Positions 18,301 through 27,655 of a stretch of 64,000 nt of DNA are shown here, piece after piece. The notes below the pieces were generated by a model that saw only the letters and a program-made list of their open reading frames with translations, was not told the origin of the DNA and searched no databases. Position 1 is the stretch's first letter; each line of letters opens with the position of its first letter. This stretch comes from Gemmatimonadales bacterium (GTDB lineage: Bacteria > Gemmatimonadota > Gemmatimonadetes > Gemmatimonadales > GWC2-71-9): the NCBI GenBank assembly GCA_037189525.1, contig JBBCJC010000002.1:640001-704000 (forward strand), read 5' to 3'. The position numbers and the translations under genes were made by a program.

Positions 18301-19408
18301 CCTCACGGAGCTGCTTCGCCTTCGGACCAAGCAGTGAGTCGGCGAGCACGAAAATGGCGGCCGGGGTGAATCCTCCGCTGCCGAGCACGATCATGGGCAG
18401 GTCGGGGCCCGCGGCGTCGGCAAGGTCCCGGGGAACGGTCTGGTTCGCAATCACCAGCCGCACCGGATGACGGAACCGGCTCTGGCGCTTGCGCAGCGTC
18501 TTCAGGCACGCCGTCGTTTCTCCCGGCGCCGGATCGTCGAGCCACAACACGGTCGGGCGAGCGGGAAGCCAATCCGCGAGGTCCGCCAGGTCGCCCGGAT
18601 CGATGCGGCCACTGTCCCAGAGGTCGTCTGGCCGCCGCGGAAGCCACCAGGCCAACCGTCGCAGCCACGTCCGACGCCGGAGCCTGGCTGCGGCCCGACG
18701 CTCCGCCGGAGGCTGCGAAGCCAGCGCAACCGATCCCAGCAGATGACGCTGGCTCAGTTGGCGGGCAAGCTCCTGGGTCACCCGAGACTTTCCCGCACCG
18801 GACGGACCGAGCAGCAGCACGGCGTCGAACGGCGTCGGGAGATCCGGCTTTCCCCAAGGCTTCCACCACGGTGTCCGACCGGTTCCCGTGCCGCGGTCGA
18901 GCAAATCCACCAGACGTTTCCACTGGCGGTGCCACTCCCCTGAGGGACGCTGGAACGGCATCGGGCCGGACCAGTGACTGGCCGGGTCCGGCTCCGGATG
19001 ACGGATCGGATGTAACCGGCCGTCGTCATATTCCGCGAAGAAACGCTCGTGAATTGCCCGTGCGGGCCGAGCCATGAATGGAACGGTGATGAGCCAGCCG
19101 GCCAGAGCGCTCAATGGGAGTACGACAGGCCGAGCAGCCTCCTTGAGTCCGGTCGACTCGACCAGCGTCTGAGCCAGATTGCCGATGACGGGAATGGCGA
19201 ACACGGTTCGGAGCACGAATTCCGTGAGCCCCGCGCCGAATCGGGGCTCAAGAACGAACGCCACGAGGGTAAAAACTGCGGCGCCGGCCAGTCCCAGGCC
19301 GAGATACCGTATCCTGGCAATCGATCGGGCCCGCCGCCGCTCCCATCGGATCTTGCGCTCGGAGCGCTCGACCAGGGGCGGCTGGGGGTCGCCGGGAGCA
19401 GAGGTCAT
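15392..19408 (-). CDS. Membrane-anchored STAND-class P-loop NTPase with C-terminal TPR-like repeat array
   Basis: N-terminal hydrophobic helices; Walker A GPSGAGKS (18808-18785), Walker B VLWLDD, RLVIANQ strand, HNPLL (GxP-like); 10-12 repeats of about 46 aa. Confidence 0.75.
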   Translation of the reverse strand: MTSAPGDPQPPLVERSERKIRWERRRARSIARIRYLGLGLAGAAVFTLVAFVLEPRFGAGLTEFVLRTVFAIPVIGNLAQTLVESTGLKEAARPVVLPLSALAGWLITVPFMARPARAIHERFFAEYDDGRLHPIRHPEPDPASHWSGPMPFQRPSGEWHRQWKRLVDLLDRGTGTGRTPWWKPWGKPDLPTPFDAVLLLGPSGAGKSRVTQELARQLSQRHLLGSVALASQPPAERRAAARLRRRTWLRRLAWWLPRRPDDLWDSGRIDPGDLADLADWLPARPTVLWLDDPAPGETTACLKTLRKRQSRFRHPVRLVIANQTVPRDLADAAGPDLPMIVLGSGGFTPAAIFVLADSLLGPKAKQLREDAVLRTFLEVTEHNPLLVELGLEWLKDDRPLAEMSREGLLEHRVRRIVRALEVAKVAVDDMDTMRTLACGILVGPGCPIAPVAKAFNQRVPPKDVLERAFPVEARRGVDLAQTLPGLRPALIADRFVRSVIERQTPKESAQAISDVGFIARPLGWVRAAARLAGADDALAEALRTPPTIQGHDVETISLVAHAYLEIGLAGERPPTEIHGLIDGLLERIADERIRTDVACRLFAVFVDAVERGGMDTPSGPQKAGQTVDMTGTLLDVSVDKSPSRVEAPTIALLGLVLARHGAGRAGTVEAGARLIQDCHQLVTLIQQGLPPISAAAEAAAFARELDAIALLGANLSPLDRIGVITAASRLAAAGEFSGPVVESVRRLIDTGIRIAPASNRRSLLAALRTWAFMLSEAGRPDECRSVVDLAAEIFESESDRVTAEHREDYVLAYRHLAYCYSQTSDVRSCRECVEQMAKVVHEANDPDLIPELVQAWRFLAFAYSSNAKIRECEEIVQAISAVVGRDPYRAMRACHLDLAKARRSLVFAYSEAGDTAMCEVTVAEVVAMANHPPYDTDREVLLECVRARRHLAFVYSMQGEAARCRAVLERNEQIVGSAPYLTDWRFQEQRAMGWRHLAYVHSTAGEIAECRAAVATVEATGEEAPYWTHRSFVAERAKARRMLAYAYSERADSVRCKAVVDAIEREVGQPPHSADPEIVLESAQAYRHLAFAYGLAGDLVACQDVLTTLDMTIDRLAASATPALMLEWVSATRSLALGRSLQHDAERCREAATEVEAAITRTAATVDLTSDDAKRPFVLEAARAWRHVAFADASNFDLVSCQNAIQHLDRWAAHECYRSDHVIVSERVQARRFLAEALGDNASAIRDVVTEMQEIAGWTDNNGSGATRREIARALVALARASRNDWKQHASVVAELETLARTTNPSSDAWAELQQDVANARSFAPLPPNATEEDRPPS

Positions 19409-19590
19409 TCGGGGAACTCGATACCACCAACGTGGTTAGTGGTCGCAAATGGAAGCAAAATTGTACCCGGGTCCCGCCGGGGATGTAAGGCGACGGCTGC
19501 GTCGGAATCGGGGCCCCGTTTGAGGATCGGTTGATCCGCAGGCCCCGCAGGTGTTGCAAAACTGGCCTCGCGCGGCTAGCTCCATAGGCT

Positions 19591-20658
19591 ATGAAAACAC
19601 CCTCACACCAGTTCCTCCGGGCCCTGCTGACCGCACCCGGCCCCTCCGGCTTCGAGGCCGGGCCGGCCCGCCTCTGGCGCGATGAGGCAGCCACCTTTGC
19701 CGACACCGTCTCGGCCGACGTCAGCGGCAACTCTTACGCGACCGTCCGGGGTGGCTCCGACGGGCCCGGGGTGATGTTTGCCGGGCACATCGACGAGATC
19801 GGTCTGATGGTCCTCCATATCGATGAGCAGGGCTTCCTGAGCTTCGATACGATCGGGGGATGGGACGAGCAAGTGCTGGTGGGGCAACGGGTTAACCTCC
19901 TGGGACGGGATGGGCCGGTGGCGGGTGTCATCGGCAAAAAGGCCATCCATCTGATGGAAAAGGAGGACCGGGAAAAGCCGAGCAAGGTGAAGGACCTGTG
20001 GATCGACATCGGGGCGACTTCGCGCGCCGAGGCGGCCGAGCGGGTCCGGATCGGCGATGCCGGAGTTCTCGACGCGGGGGTGCTGGAGCTGCCCAACGGC
20101 CGGATCGTGAGCCGCAGCATCGACAACCGGATGGGCGCATTCGTGGTACTCGAAGCGCTCCGGTTGCTGGCCAAGGACAGACCGACCGTGACCGCGACCG
20201 CGGTGGCGACCGCGCAGGAAGAGATCGCCTACACCGGGGGCGGCGCGCGCACCTCGGCCTCGGGATTGCTGCCGGCTGCGGCCATCGTGGTCGATGTGAC
20301 CCACGCGACCGATACCCCGGGGTCGGATCACAAGCGGCACGGCGAGGTCAAACTGGGCGGCGGGCCGGTGCTCTCGCGCGGGTCGGCGGTGAATCCGCGG
20401 GTGGCGGAGTTGCTGGCCGAGACGGCGGAGTCGCTCGCGATTCCGTATACCTGGCATGCGTCGCCCAAGTACACCTCGACCGATGCCGATGCCATCTTTA
20501 CGTCGATGCGGGGTGTGGCGACCGGGCTGGTCTCGGTCCCGAATCGGTACATGCACAGCCCGAACGAAATGGTGGTGCTGGACGATCTGGATCGGGCGGC
20601 GGCGCTGCTGGCGGGATTTGCGCGGCGAGTCACGGCCGAAACGAACTTCATTCCATGA
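19591..20658 (+). CDS. M42 family aminopeptidase (TET-like)
   Basis: PGPSGFE, GHIDEIG, IDNR, QEE, DVTHA, RYMHSP. Confidence 0.93.
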   Translation: MKTPSHQFLRALLTAPGPSGFEAGPARLWRDEAATFADTVSADVSGNSYATVRGGSDGPGVMFAGHIDEIGLMVLHIDEQGFLSFDTIGGWDEQVLVGQRVNLLGRDGPVAGVIGKKAIHLMEKEDREKPSKVKDLWIDIGATSRAEAAERVRIGDAGVLDAGVLELPNGRIVSRSIDNRMGAFVVLEALRLLAKDRPTVTATAVATAQEEIAYTGGGARTSASGLLPAAAIVVDVTHATDTPGSDHKRHGEVKLGGGPVLSRGSAVNPRVAELLAETAESLAIPYTWHASPKYTSTDADAIFTSMRGVATGLVSVPNRYMHSPNEMVVLDDLDRAAALLAGFARRVTAETNFIP

Positions 20659-21941
20659 GGAAGTGGGGCAGGATGCGGGTTGCAGGGTGGGTCACGATGT
20701 TGGCGCTTGCGGCGCCGGTCAGCGCCGCGATGGGGCAGGCGGCGGTCGAATCGGTGCTGCGGCGCGATCTCCAGGTCTTGAGTGCCGATAGCCTCGGCGG
20801 TCGGTTTACCGGCAGTCCGGGTGGCGATGCGGCCGCGCGCTATCTGGCGCGGCGGTTCGAGGAAGTCGGCGCCAAGCCGGCGCCGGGCGGATGGTTGCAC
20901 GAATTCACCATGGCTGCCGACCTGGCAGGATTCCGGTCGATGCCCGCCGACCGTCGTCCGACGCGGGCGGCCAACGTCGTCGCCATGGTACCGGGAACCG
21001 ACGCGACCTTGCGCGGCGAATATATCGTGGTTGGTGCGCATTATGACCATCTGGGCGATGGCCACGCCAACTCGCTGGGCACCCCGGGAGAAATCCATAA
21101 CGGCGCCGACGACAATGCCTCCGGAACGGCGGCCTTGCTCGAAATCGCGCGGCGGTTCGTGGCCGCGCCTGCCAAGCGGAGCGTGGTGCTGGTCGCGTTT
21201 TCCGGCGAGGAGTTTGGCTTGCTGGGCTCGGCGGCCTACGTGCGGTCGGCGCCGGTACCGATGGAGCGCACCGTGGCGATGGTCAATCTCGACATGGTCG
21301 GCCGGCTGCGGAACGATCGCCTGCTGGTGTTCGGATCGGAAACGGCGACGGAGTTCCCGGCGCTGCTCGATTCGCTCAACCAGACCCACCGCTTCGATCT
21401 CAATCATTCCGGCGACGGCTTCGGCCGGAGCGACCAGCAGTCGTTCTATCTCGCGCGGAAACCGGTGCTCCACATGTTCACCGATCTGCACGAGGACTAC
21501 CACCGGCCGACCGACGATTGGGAAAAGATTAATCTGCCGGGCCTGGTCCGGGTCGCGGCCTACACGACCGACGTGGTGCGCGCCATTGCCGATCGCCAGG
21601 CGCCGCTCAGCTTCGTGATGAAGGCGCCACCTGCGCATAGCGGTACGGCGGCCGCGCCGGTGTCATCCGGTTACGGAGCATATCTCGGCTCGATCCCGGA
21701 CATGGGGACGGGTGGCCCCGGTGTACGGTTGTCCGGGGTGCGTCCCGACAGCCCGGCGGACAAGGCCGGTCTCACCGAGGGAGACGTCCTGCTCTTGATC
21801 GGCGACTTCGAGATTGCCGACCTCCAGGCCATGACCGACGCCCTGCGCAGCTACAAGCCGGGCGACTCCGCGGTGGTTCGTTACCGGCGCGGTCCCGAAG
21901 AACGTTCGACCACGGTCGTGTTCGGCCGGCGGGGAGGCTGA
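20655..21941 (+). CDS. M28 family peptidase with C-terminal PDZ
   Basis: GAHYDHLG, NGADDNASG, FSGEE.GLLGS, NLDMVGR, SDQ, DYHRPTDD; PDZ (YLGSIPD...SPADKAGL). Confidence 0.92.
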   Translation: MRKWGRMRVAGWVTMLALAAPVSAAMGQAAVESVLRRDLQVLSADSLGGRFTGSPGGDAAARYLARRFEEVGAKPAPGGWLHEFTMAADLAGFRSMPADRRPTRAANVVAMVPGTDATLRGEYIVVGAHYDHLGDGHANSLGTPGEIHNGADDNASGTAALLEIARRFVAAPAKRSVVLVAFSGEEFGLLGSAAYVRSAPVPMERTVAMVNLDMVGRLRNDRLLVFGSETATEFPALLDSLNQTHRFDLNHSGDGFGRSDQQSFYLARKPVLHMFTDLHEDYHRPTDDWEKINLPGLVRVAAYTTDVVRAIADRQAPLSFVMKAPPAHSGTAAAPVSSGYGAYLGSIPDMGTGGPGVRLSGVRPDSPADKAGLTEGDVLLLIGDFEIADLQAMTDALRSYKPGDSAVVRYRRGPEERSTTVVFGRRGG

Positions 21942-21943
21942 TC

Positions 21944-22399
21944 ATGGCCGTGTTGGATGGAGCAGGCATCGCTGCGCAGCTGCGGCAGGCGGTACGGGAC
22001 GGCGCGGGGCGGCAGGCGCTGCTGCAGCTCGCGGCCGATCGGATCAGGGCGGCGGGGTCGCCGTACACGTCGGCGTATCTCTATATGCTGCATGGACAGG
22101 AACTGGTGCTCGAGGCATTCAGCGGGCGGGAGACCGATCACACCCATATCCCGGTCGGCAAAGGCGTCTGCGGTACCGCGGTCGCCACGGGTCTCGATCA
22201 GAACGTGCCCGATGTGCAGGCCATCGGGAACTATCTCGCCTGCAACCTGGAAACTCGTTCAGAGCTGGTGGTCCTGATTCGCCGCGGCGAGGAAATTCTG
22301 GGACAGATCGATATCGACAGCGACGTCGTCGATCCCTTTACGGCTGGCGAAGAGGCAGAAAACAGACACGTGGCCGAAGCGCTAGCTGAGCTACTTTGA
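21944..22399 (+). CDS. GAF-domain protein, free methionine-R-sulfoxide reductase (MsrC/YebR)-like
   Basis: GKGVCGTA, YLACN.ETRSELVV, QIDIDS. Confidence 0.8.
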   Translation: MAVLDGAGIAAQLRQAVRDGAGRQALLQLAADRIRAAGSPYTSAYLYMLHGQELVLEAFSGRETDHTHIPVGKGVCGTAVATGLDQNVPDVQAIGNYLACNLETRSELVVLIRRGEEILGQIDIDSDVVDPFTAGEEAENRHVAEALAELL

Positions 22400-22452
22400 C
22401 GCCCTTGCATGCCCGGAACTGTCGAACTGGTTCCGGGCAGCTCCCCGCAGTA

Positions 22453-24135
22453 TCAGGTCACATCCTCCAACCAGAACTCACCGGGATTGCGGCCGCCACT
22501 GGCGCGCAGGTCGCGTTCCCGGGCGCGTAGCTCGACCCGCCGAATCTTTCCGCTGATCGTTTTCGGAAGCGTGGTGAACTCGAGCCGTCGAATCCGCTTG
22601 TAGGGCGCCAGCTTCGCTGCGCAGTAGCTCAGGATGGCGCGCGCGGTTTCCGCGTCGGGCCGGGCGTCGGGTACTAAGACGACGAATGCCTTCGGTACCG
22701 TGAGTCGCAGGGGGTCCGGGCTCGGCACGACCGCCGCTTCGGCCACCAGGTCGTGCTCGATCAGCACACTTTCGAGTTCGAACGGGCTGATCCGATAGTC
22801 GCTGCTCTTGAAGACGTCATCGCCTCGTCCGACGAAGTGGATATAGCCGGCCTCATCCCGAAGCGCTTCGTCACCGGTCCGATAGAGACCGCTGGCCATG
22901 GCCGCATCGGTCCGCTCGGGATCATCTTCGTAACCCGCCATCAGTCCGACCGGTCGGGGTGTCAATCGGATGGCCACCTCGCCCTCGGCCGCCTCGCGTC
23001 CGTCTCGATCGACGATCGCAATTTCGTAGCCGGGTAGCGGTTTGCCCATCGAGCCCGGCGTAATCGGGAATCCTGGTGGATTGCCGACCAGCGCGGTCGT
23101 TTCCGTCTGACCGTATCCGTCGCGAATGGTGAGCCCCCAGGCCGACTGCACCTGGGCAATGATCTCCGGGTTGAGCGGTTCGCCCGCACTCGCCAGTTCG
23201 CGAAGCGCGGTCGGACGTTCTCCCATGGTCTCGAGCACCAGCATGCGCCAGACGGTCGGCGGGGCGCAGAGCGACGTGACGCGATGCTGATGCAAAATCT
23301 CGAGGCTCCGCTGCGCACTGAATCGCGGGGCATCGTGCACCAGCACGGTGGCGCCTGCGTTCCAGGGCGCGAAAAAGCTCGACCAGGCATGCTTGGCCCA
23401 GCCGGGTGAACTGATATTCTGGTGGATGCCGCCGGGTTCGAGGCCGAGCCAGAACATGGTGGACAGGTGGCCGACGGGATAGCTCTGGTGGGTGTGCAAC
23501 ACCAGCTTGGCTTTGGCGGTGGTGCCCGAGGTGAAGTAGAGCAACAACGGATCGTCCGCCTGAGTCGGCACTTTGTCGAGGCGGGCCGGCGCCGACAGAC
23601 CTTCCTCGAATCGGCTGAATCCCTCCGCCGTTCCGGTGCAGAGCCGGACACCGAACCGCTCCGGGTTGCGCACCTTGCCGGCGCCGGGTTCGTCGGTCAC
23701 CACATGGCGGACCTGGCCCCGAACCAGACGGTCCTCGACATCTTCGACGGTGAGTTGGGTGGTGGCGGGAATCACCACGGCGCCGATCTTGATGGCGGCG
23801 AGCATCGTTTCCCAGAGCGGCAGCGTGTTGGACAGCATCAGGAGGATCCGCTCGCCGCGCACGACGCCATGATCCACCAGGTAGCGCGCGATCCGGGTCG
23901 ACCGTTCGTCGAGTTCCCGGAACCCGATCTCGATCAGCTCCGGGCCGGCTGCCGTGTCGCGCACCAGGATTAGCGCCGTCTGGTCCGTCTGTGCGGCGTA
24001 GACGGAGAACCAGTCCCAGGCCCAATTGAACTGGTCGAGCACGGGCCAGCGGAACTCCGCCCGGGCGCGTTCGAGGTCGTTGCGGTGTCGGAGCAGCGTC
24101 GCGCGGGCGCGCTCGAAGGGTTCCGTCGGCGTCAT
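22453..24135 (-). CDS. AMP-binding acyl-CoA synthetase
   Basis: YFTSGTTAKAK, SAGEPL, DGYGQTE, YRTGD, GR.DD, PKT.SGKI. Confidence 0.93.
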   Translation of the reverse strand: MTPTEPFERARATLLRHRNDLERARAEFRWPVLDQFNWAWDWFSVYAAQTDQTALILVRDTAAGPELIEIGFRELDERSTRIARYLVDHGVVRGERILLMLSNTLPLWETMLAAIKIGAVVIPATTQLTVEDVEDRLVRGQVRHVVTDEPGAGKVRNPERFGVRLCTGTAEGFSRFEEGLSAPARLDKVPTQADDPLLLYFTSGTTAKAKLVLHTHQSYPVGHLSTMFWLGLEPGGIHQNISSPGWAKHAWSSFFAPWNAGATVLVHDAPRFSAQRSLEILHQHRVTSLCAPPTVWRMLVLETMGERPTALRELASAGEPLNPEIIAQVQSAWGLTIRDGYGQTETTALVGNPPGFPITPGSMGKPLPGYEIAIVDRDGREAAEGEVAIRLTPRPVGLMAGYEDDPERTDAAMASGLYRTGDEALRDEAGYIHFVGRGDDVFKSSDYRISPFELESVLIEHDLVAEAAVVPSPDPLRLTVPKAFVVLVPDARPDAETARAILSYCAAKLAPYKRIRRLEFTTLPKTISGKIRRVELRARERDLRASGGRNPGEFWLEDVT

Positions 24136-24364
24136 GGACGCGAAGCTAGGTCTCGATTCCGGCTTCCGCAATCGGTACCCGCCGCTGGCATCTCGCTCAC
24201 GGGCGCTCTGTCCAGGGGCATTTTGCTCGGAGGCATTCCACCCAAGGACATCCACCCCCCAAGGGTCTTGTGCTCAGGGGCATCTGCCGGTTGGCGTCGC
24301 CGGTCCGACTCCGCTTATCATTGCCAGCCCGAGTTCGTGGGCTCACGGGTGTCAGGGCATCGCG

Positions 24365-25612
24365 ATGGCAACGACGGCGACCATCCTCCATGCGGATCTC
24401 GACGCATTCTATGCGTCGGTGGAGCAGTTGCTCGATCCCTCGCTGTTGGGGAAGCCCATCGCGGTGGGCGGGGGCGTCGTCCTCGCGGCGTCGTATGAGG
24501 CCAAGGCGTTCGGGGTCCGGGGAGGGATGCCGGGCCGCCGGGCGCGGGAACTCTGCCCCAACCTGATCTTCGTTCCCGGCCATTTCCACGAATACCAGCG
24601 TCTCGGCAACACGGCCCTCGCCGTCCTGGGCGACTATACCCCGCAGGTCGAACGGATTTCGATCGACGAGGCCTTTGCCGACGTGGCAGGTTGCACCCAT
24701 CTGTTCGGTCCTCCGCCCGTCATTGCGGCCGCCATTCGTCGCCGGGTTCGAGACGAACTCGGCCTCCCGATCTCGATCGGTGTTGCGCGCACCAAGCATC
24801 TCGCCAAGATCGCTTCGCAGGTGGCTAAGCCCGACGGTCTGGTGGTGGTCGAGCCCGATCGGGAGCGCGAATTCCTCCATGACCTGCCCGTCGATCTGAT
24901 GTGGGGCGTCGGTCCGGCCGTCCGGGCTCGGCTCGCAGCCATCGGTGTCCACACCATCGGCGAGCTGGCGGCGACCCCGGGCACATCTCTCGAACACCTG
25001 CTCGGCCGCGCCATCGGCGAAAAGCTGGTCGCGCTGGCTGGGAATCGGGATCCCCGCAAGATCGAGCTCGACCGCCGCTCGCATTCGGTCGGTGCGCAAT
25101 CGGCGTTGGGTCGTGCTTCGGCGGACCTGCGGCGGCTCCGTCCGGTGCTGGTCCATCTGGCCGACCGGATCTGCAGCCGGCTCAGGGTCAAGAGCCGCGC
25201 CGGCCGCACCGTCACCGTTCGGGTTCGGTTCGCGGACCTCCGCGCCGTCACCCGGGCCATCACGCTCGACGCCCCGATCGCAGCCACGCCGGTGCTGGCC
25301 GACGTGGCGCTAGGCCTGGTGCGTACGGTGTTACGGGAACATCCCAAGGAGCGGGTGATCAGTCTGGTGGCGATCTCGGTATCACACCTGGAACAGCGTG
25401 CGCACCTGCAGCTCGAACTGTCGTTCGACCTTCCCGACGAGGCACGCCGACCGGGGACGCGGGCCGGCCTGGCCCGACGGGCGGCGGATGGAGCAGTCGA
25501 TGCGATCCGGACCCGGTTCGGATGGGACGCGGTAGGGTACGCTTCGGTAGCGTTGGGTAAGACCCGGTCGGTTCCCGATGCGTTCCGGGAACTGGCCGAG
25601 AAGGATCGGTAG
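24365..25612 (+). CDS. dinB: DNA polymerase IV (Y-family)
   Basis: ILHADLDAFYASVE, ASYEAK.FGV, SIDEAF, AKIAS...KPDG, WGVG. Confidence 0.93.
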   Translation: MATTATILHADLDAFYASVEQLLDPSLLGKPIAVGGGVVLAASYEAKAFGVRGGMPGRRARELCPNLIFVPGHFHEYQRLGNTALAVLGDYTPQVERISIDEAFADVAGCTHLFGPPPVIAAAIRRRVRDELGLPISIGVARTKHLAKIASQVAKPDGLVVVEPDREREFLHDLPVDLMWGVGPAVRARLAAIGVHTIGELAATPGTSLEHLLGRAIGEKLVALAGNRDPRKIELDRRSHSVGAQSALGRASADLRRLRPVLVHLADRICSRLRVKSRAGRTVTVRVRFADLRAVTRAITLDAPIAATPVLADVALGLVRTVLREHPKERVISLVAISVSHLEQRAHLQLELSFDLPDEARRPGTRAGLARRAADGAVDAIRTRFGWDAVGYASVALGKTRSVPDAFRELAEKDR

Positions 25613-25624
25613 CTGCGCTTAAGG

Positions 25625-26914
25625 TCAGAGCGGAAAGACGCCGATCAGCACCGCGACGATCGTCATCACGATGGTGGTGGCAAAGAGATACCCGATCGAA
25701 TAGCGCTGGTGCGTGCCCAGGTCGAGACGGAGCAGGCCGACCAGCAAAAACGGTGATGGCGTGAGCGGCGTGACCGGAAAGCCGGTCGTCATCTGGCCCA
25801 GCAGCGCCGCCTGCGCAATCTGTGCTTTTGCCAATCCGAAGTTCTGGCCGACCTCGGCCACCACCGGCAGGACCCCCAGATAAAACGAACTGGCATCGAA
25901 GAGCAGGCTGAGCGGCATCGACAGCACCGCGACGATCACGGCGAGGTGTGGACCGAGCTGTGGTGGCAGGAGTGCGGTGCCCGCCTGGGCCAGCGCCGTC
26001 AGCATGCCCGTTCCGGTCAGGATCCCGCTGAAGACGCCGGCGGCAAACAGCAGGCAGGCCATGGTCAGCGCTTCCTTCGCATGCGCTTCGAGCCGCCGCC
26101 GCTGTTCCTGAATGTCGGGATAGTTGAGCAGTAGTGCCAGCACGGTGCCGACCATGAACGCAATCATCGGCTCGGTCAGCCCGGCGATCAGAATCACGAT
26201 GATGGCGATCGTCAGGATCAGGTTGATCCAGAAGCGGTCCGGCCGGCGCAGCGGATCGGGAGTGTCGGTGGTCTGGGGCTCTTCCGGAGCAAGCGCGGCT
26301 ACCCCGGCCAGCCTGGTGCGCTCGCGCGCGCCGAGCCACCATGACACGGCCAGGACGAAGAGGGTTCCCGCCGCTTCAGGAATGATCAGCGGGCGGAACA
26401 GGTCGGCGGGGGAAATCTCCAGGACAGCGGCCGCTCGCAACGTGACGCCCGACCACGGCAGGATGTTGACGCCGGCACCCATCGCGGCGGCGCAGGCCAG
26501 GATGCGGCGGTCCAGGCCCAGCCGGCTGTAGAGCGGCAGCATGGCGGTGACGGTGATCAGGAAGCTCACTGCGCCCGATCCGCTCAGGTGGCTGACCAGC
26601 GCAATCAGGGCGGTGCCGACTACGATGCGCCGCGGATCGTGGCCCACCACGCGGACGATGGCGCGAACGATCGAATCGAGCAGCCCGGCGTCCGTCATCA
26701 CCCCGAAGTACAGGATCGCGAAGACGAACATCCCCATCACCGGCGCCACGCTGCGGACGCCGTCGGTGATCATGGTGCTGGTCGCGCTGCCGGTACCCAG
26801 CGCCAGGGCAGCCAGGATCGGCAGCGTGATCAGTGCCACCAACGCCGAGATCCGCCCCGACATGATCGCGATCAGGGTGAGCAGGATCGTGATCAGCCCT
26901 ACCCATGCGAGCAT
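25625..26914 (-). CDS. CitMHS family citrate-metal/H+ symporter
   Basis: Multi-TM; FAILYFGVMTDAGL, N.LPW.G, GFPVTPL. Confidence 0.85.
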   Translation of the reverse strand: MLAWVGLITILLTLIAIMSGRISALVALITLPILAALALGTGSATSTMITDGVRSVAPVMGMFVFAILYFGVMTDAGLLDSIVRAIVRVVGHDPRRIVVGTALIALVSHLSGSGAVSFLITVTAMLPLYSRLGLDRRILACAAAMGAGVNILPWSGVTLRAAAVLEISPADLFRPLIIPEAAGTLFVLAVSWWLGARERTRLAGVAALAPEEPQTTDTPDPLRRPDRFWINLILTIAIIVILIAGLTEPMIAFMVGTVLALLLNYPDIQEQRRRLEAHAKEALTMACLLFAAGVFSGILTGTGMLTALAQAGTALLPPQLGPHLAVIVAVLSMPLSLLFDASSFYLGVLPVVAEVGQNFGLAKAQIAQAALLGQMTTGFPVTPLTPSPFLLVGLLRLDLGTHQRYSIGYLFATTIVMTIVAVLIGVFPL

Positions 26915-27010
26915 AGCCCAGGCGCTCCGCTCGAAGCCGAGTTTGGTACTGAGGTGTCTGTTCTAGGACAGGAATGGCGAACATAACGCCCGGAGAATCC
27001 GCCCTGCAAC

Positions 27011-27042
27011 CCATTGACAAGTTAATTTGTCAATGGCATCAT
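27011..27042 (+). promoter_or_regulatory. sigma70 promoter overlapped by a perfect operator palindrome
   Basis: CCATTGACAA-N6-TTGTCAATGG (27011-27036); TTGACA-N17-CATCAT-N7-ATG. Confidence 0.75.
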
Positions 27043-27049
27043 TGGTCGT

Positions 27050-27655
27050 ATGGAGGATCTTGAGGTCGTTACGGATGCCGCCGCTGCTGTCGCGGTGCTG
27101 GACCCTGTCCGGAATCGGTTGCTGGCCGAATTGTCGAGTCCGATTTCGGCTGCGGCGGTGGCGGACCGGGTGGGCCTGACCCGTCAGAAGGCGAACTACT
27201 ACCTGCGGTCGCTCGAGCGGCTCGGCCTGGTGTCGGTGGTCGGAGAGCGGCAGTGGGGCGGGCTGACTGAGCGGCTCTTCCTGGCCAGCGCCGCGTCGTA
27301 CGTGGTCTCGCCTGCTGCGCTGGGGCCGATGGCCGCCGATCCCGCCCGGGCCACCGATCGATGGTCGGCGAGCTACCTGGTGGCGCTGGGAGCGCGCATG
27401 GTCCGCGAGGTCGGGGCGCTCTGGCGTGCCGCCCGCCAGGCAGGCAAGCGCCTCGCCACCCTTTCCATGGATACCGAGATCCGATTCCGAAGCCCGGCGG
27501 AGCGGGCTGCGTTTACCCGAGAGCTCACCGAGATCATGGCTCAGCTGGTGGCGCGATACCACGACGAGGACACCCCCGGCGGCCGCCGGCATCGCGTCGT
27601 CGTGGTCGCCCACCCGATCATGGCCGAGCCGGAAAGGAGCGCAGGATGCCACTGA
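27050..27655 (+). CDS. ArsR-like winged-helix regulator
   Basis: LDPVRNRLLAEL...SAAAVADRVGLTRQKANYYLRSLE..GLV. Confidence 0.85.
   Translation: MEDLEVVTDAAAAVAVLDPVRNRLLAELSSPISAAAVADRVGLTRQKANYYLRSLERLGLVSVVGERQWGGLTERLFLASAASYVVSPAALGPMAADPARATDRWSASYLVALGARMVREVGALWRAARQAGKRLATLSMDTEIRFRSPAERAAFTRELTEIMAQLVARYHDEDTPGGRRHRVVVVAHPIMAEPERSAGCH

Noticed and set aside
15319..19590. Mobile element or prophage boundaries around the STAND gene
   Set aside because: No integrase, transposase, tRNA, terminal inverted repeats or target-site duplication seen
24213..24289. Possible mini-CRISPR array
   Set aside because: Units are about 15 bp, degenerate, have no spacers, and there are no cas genes
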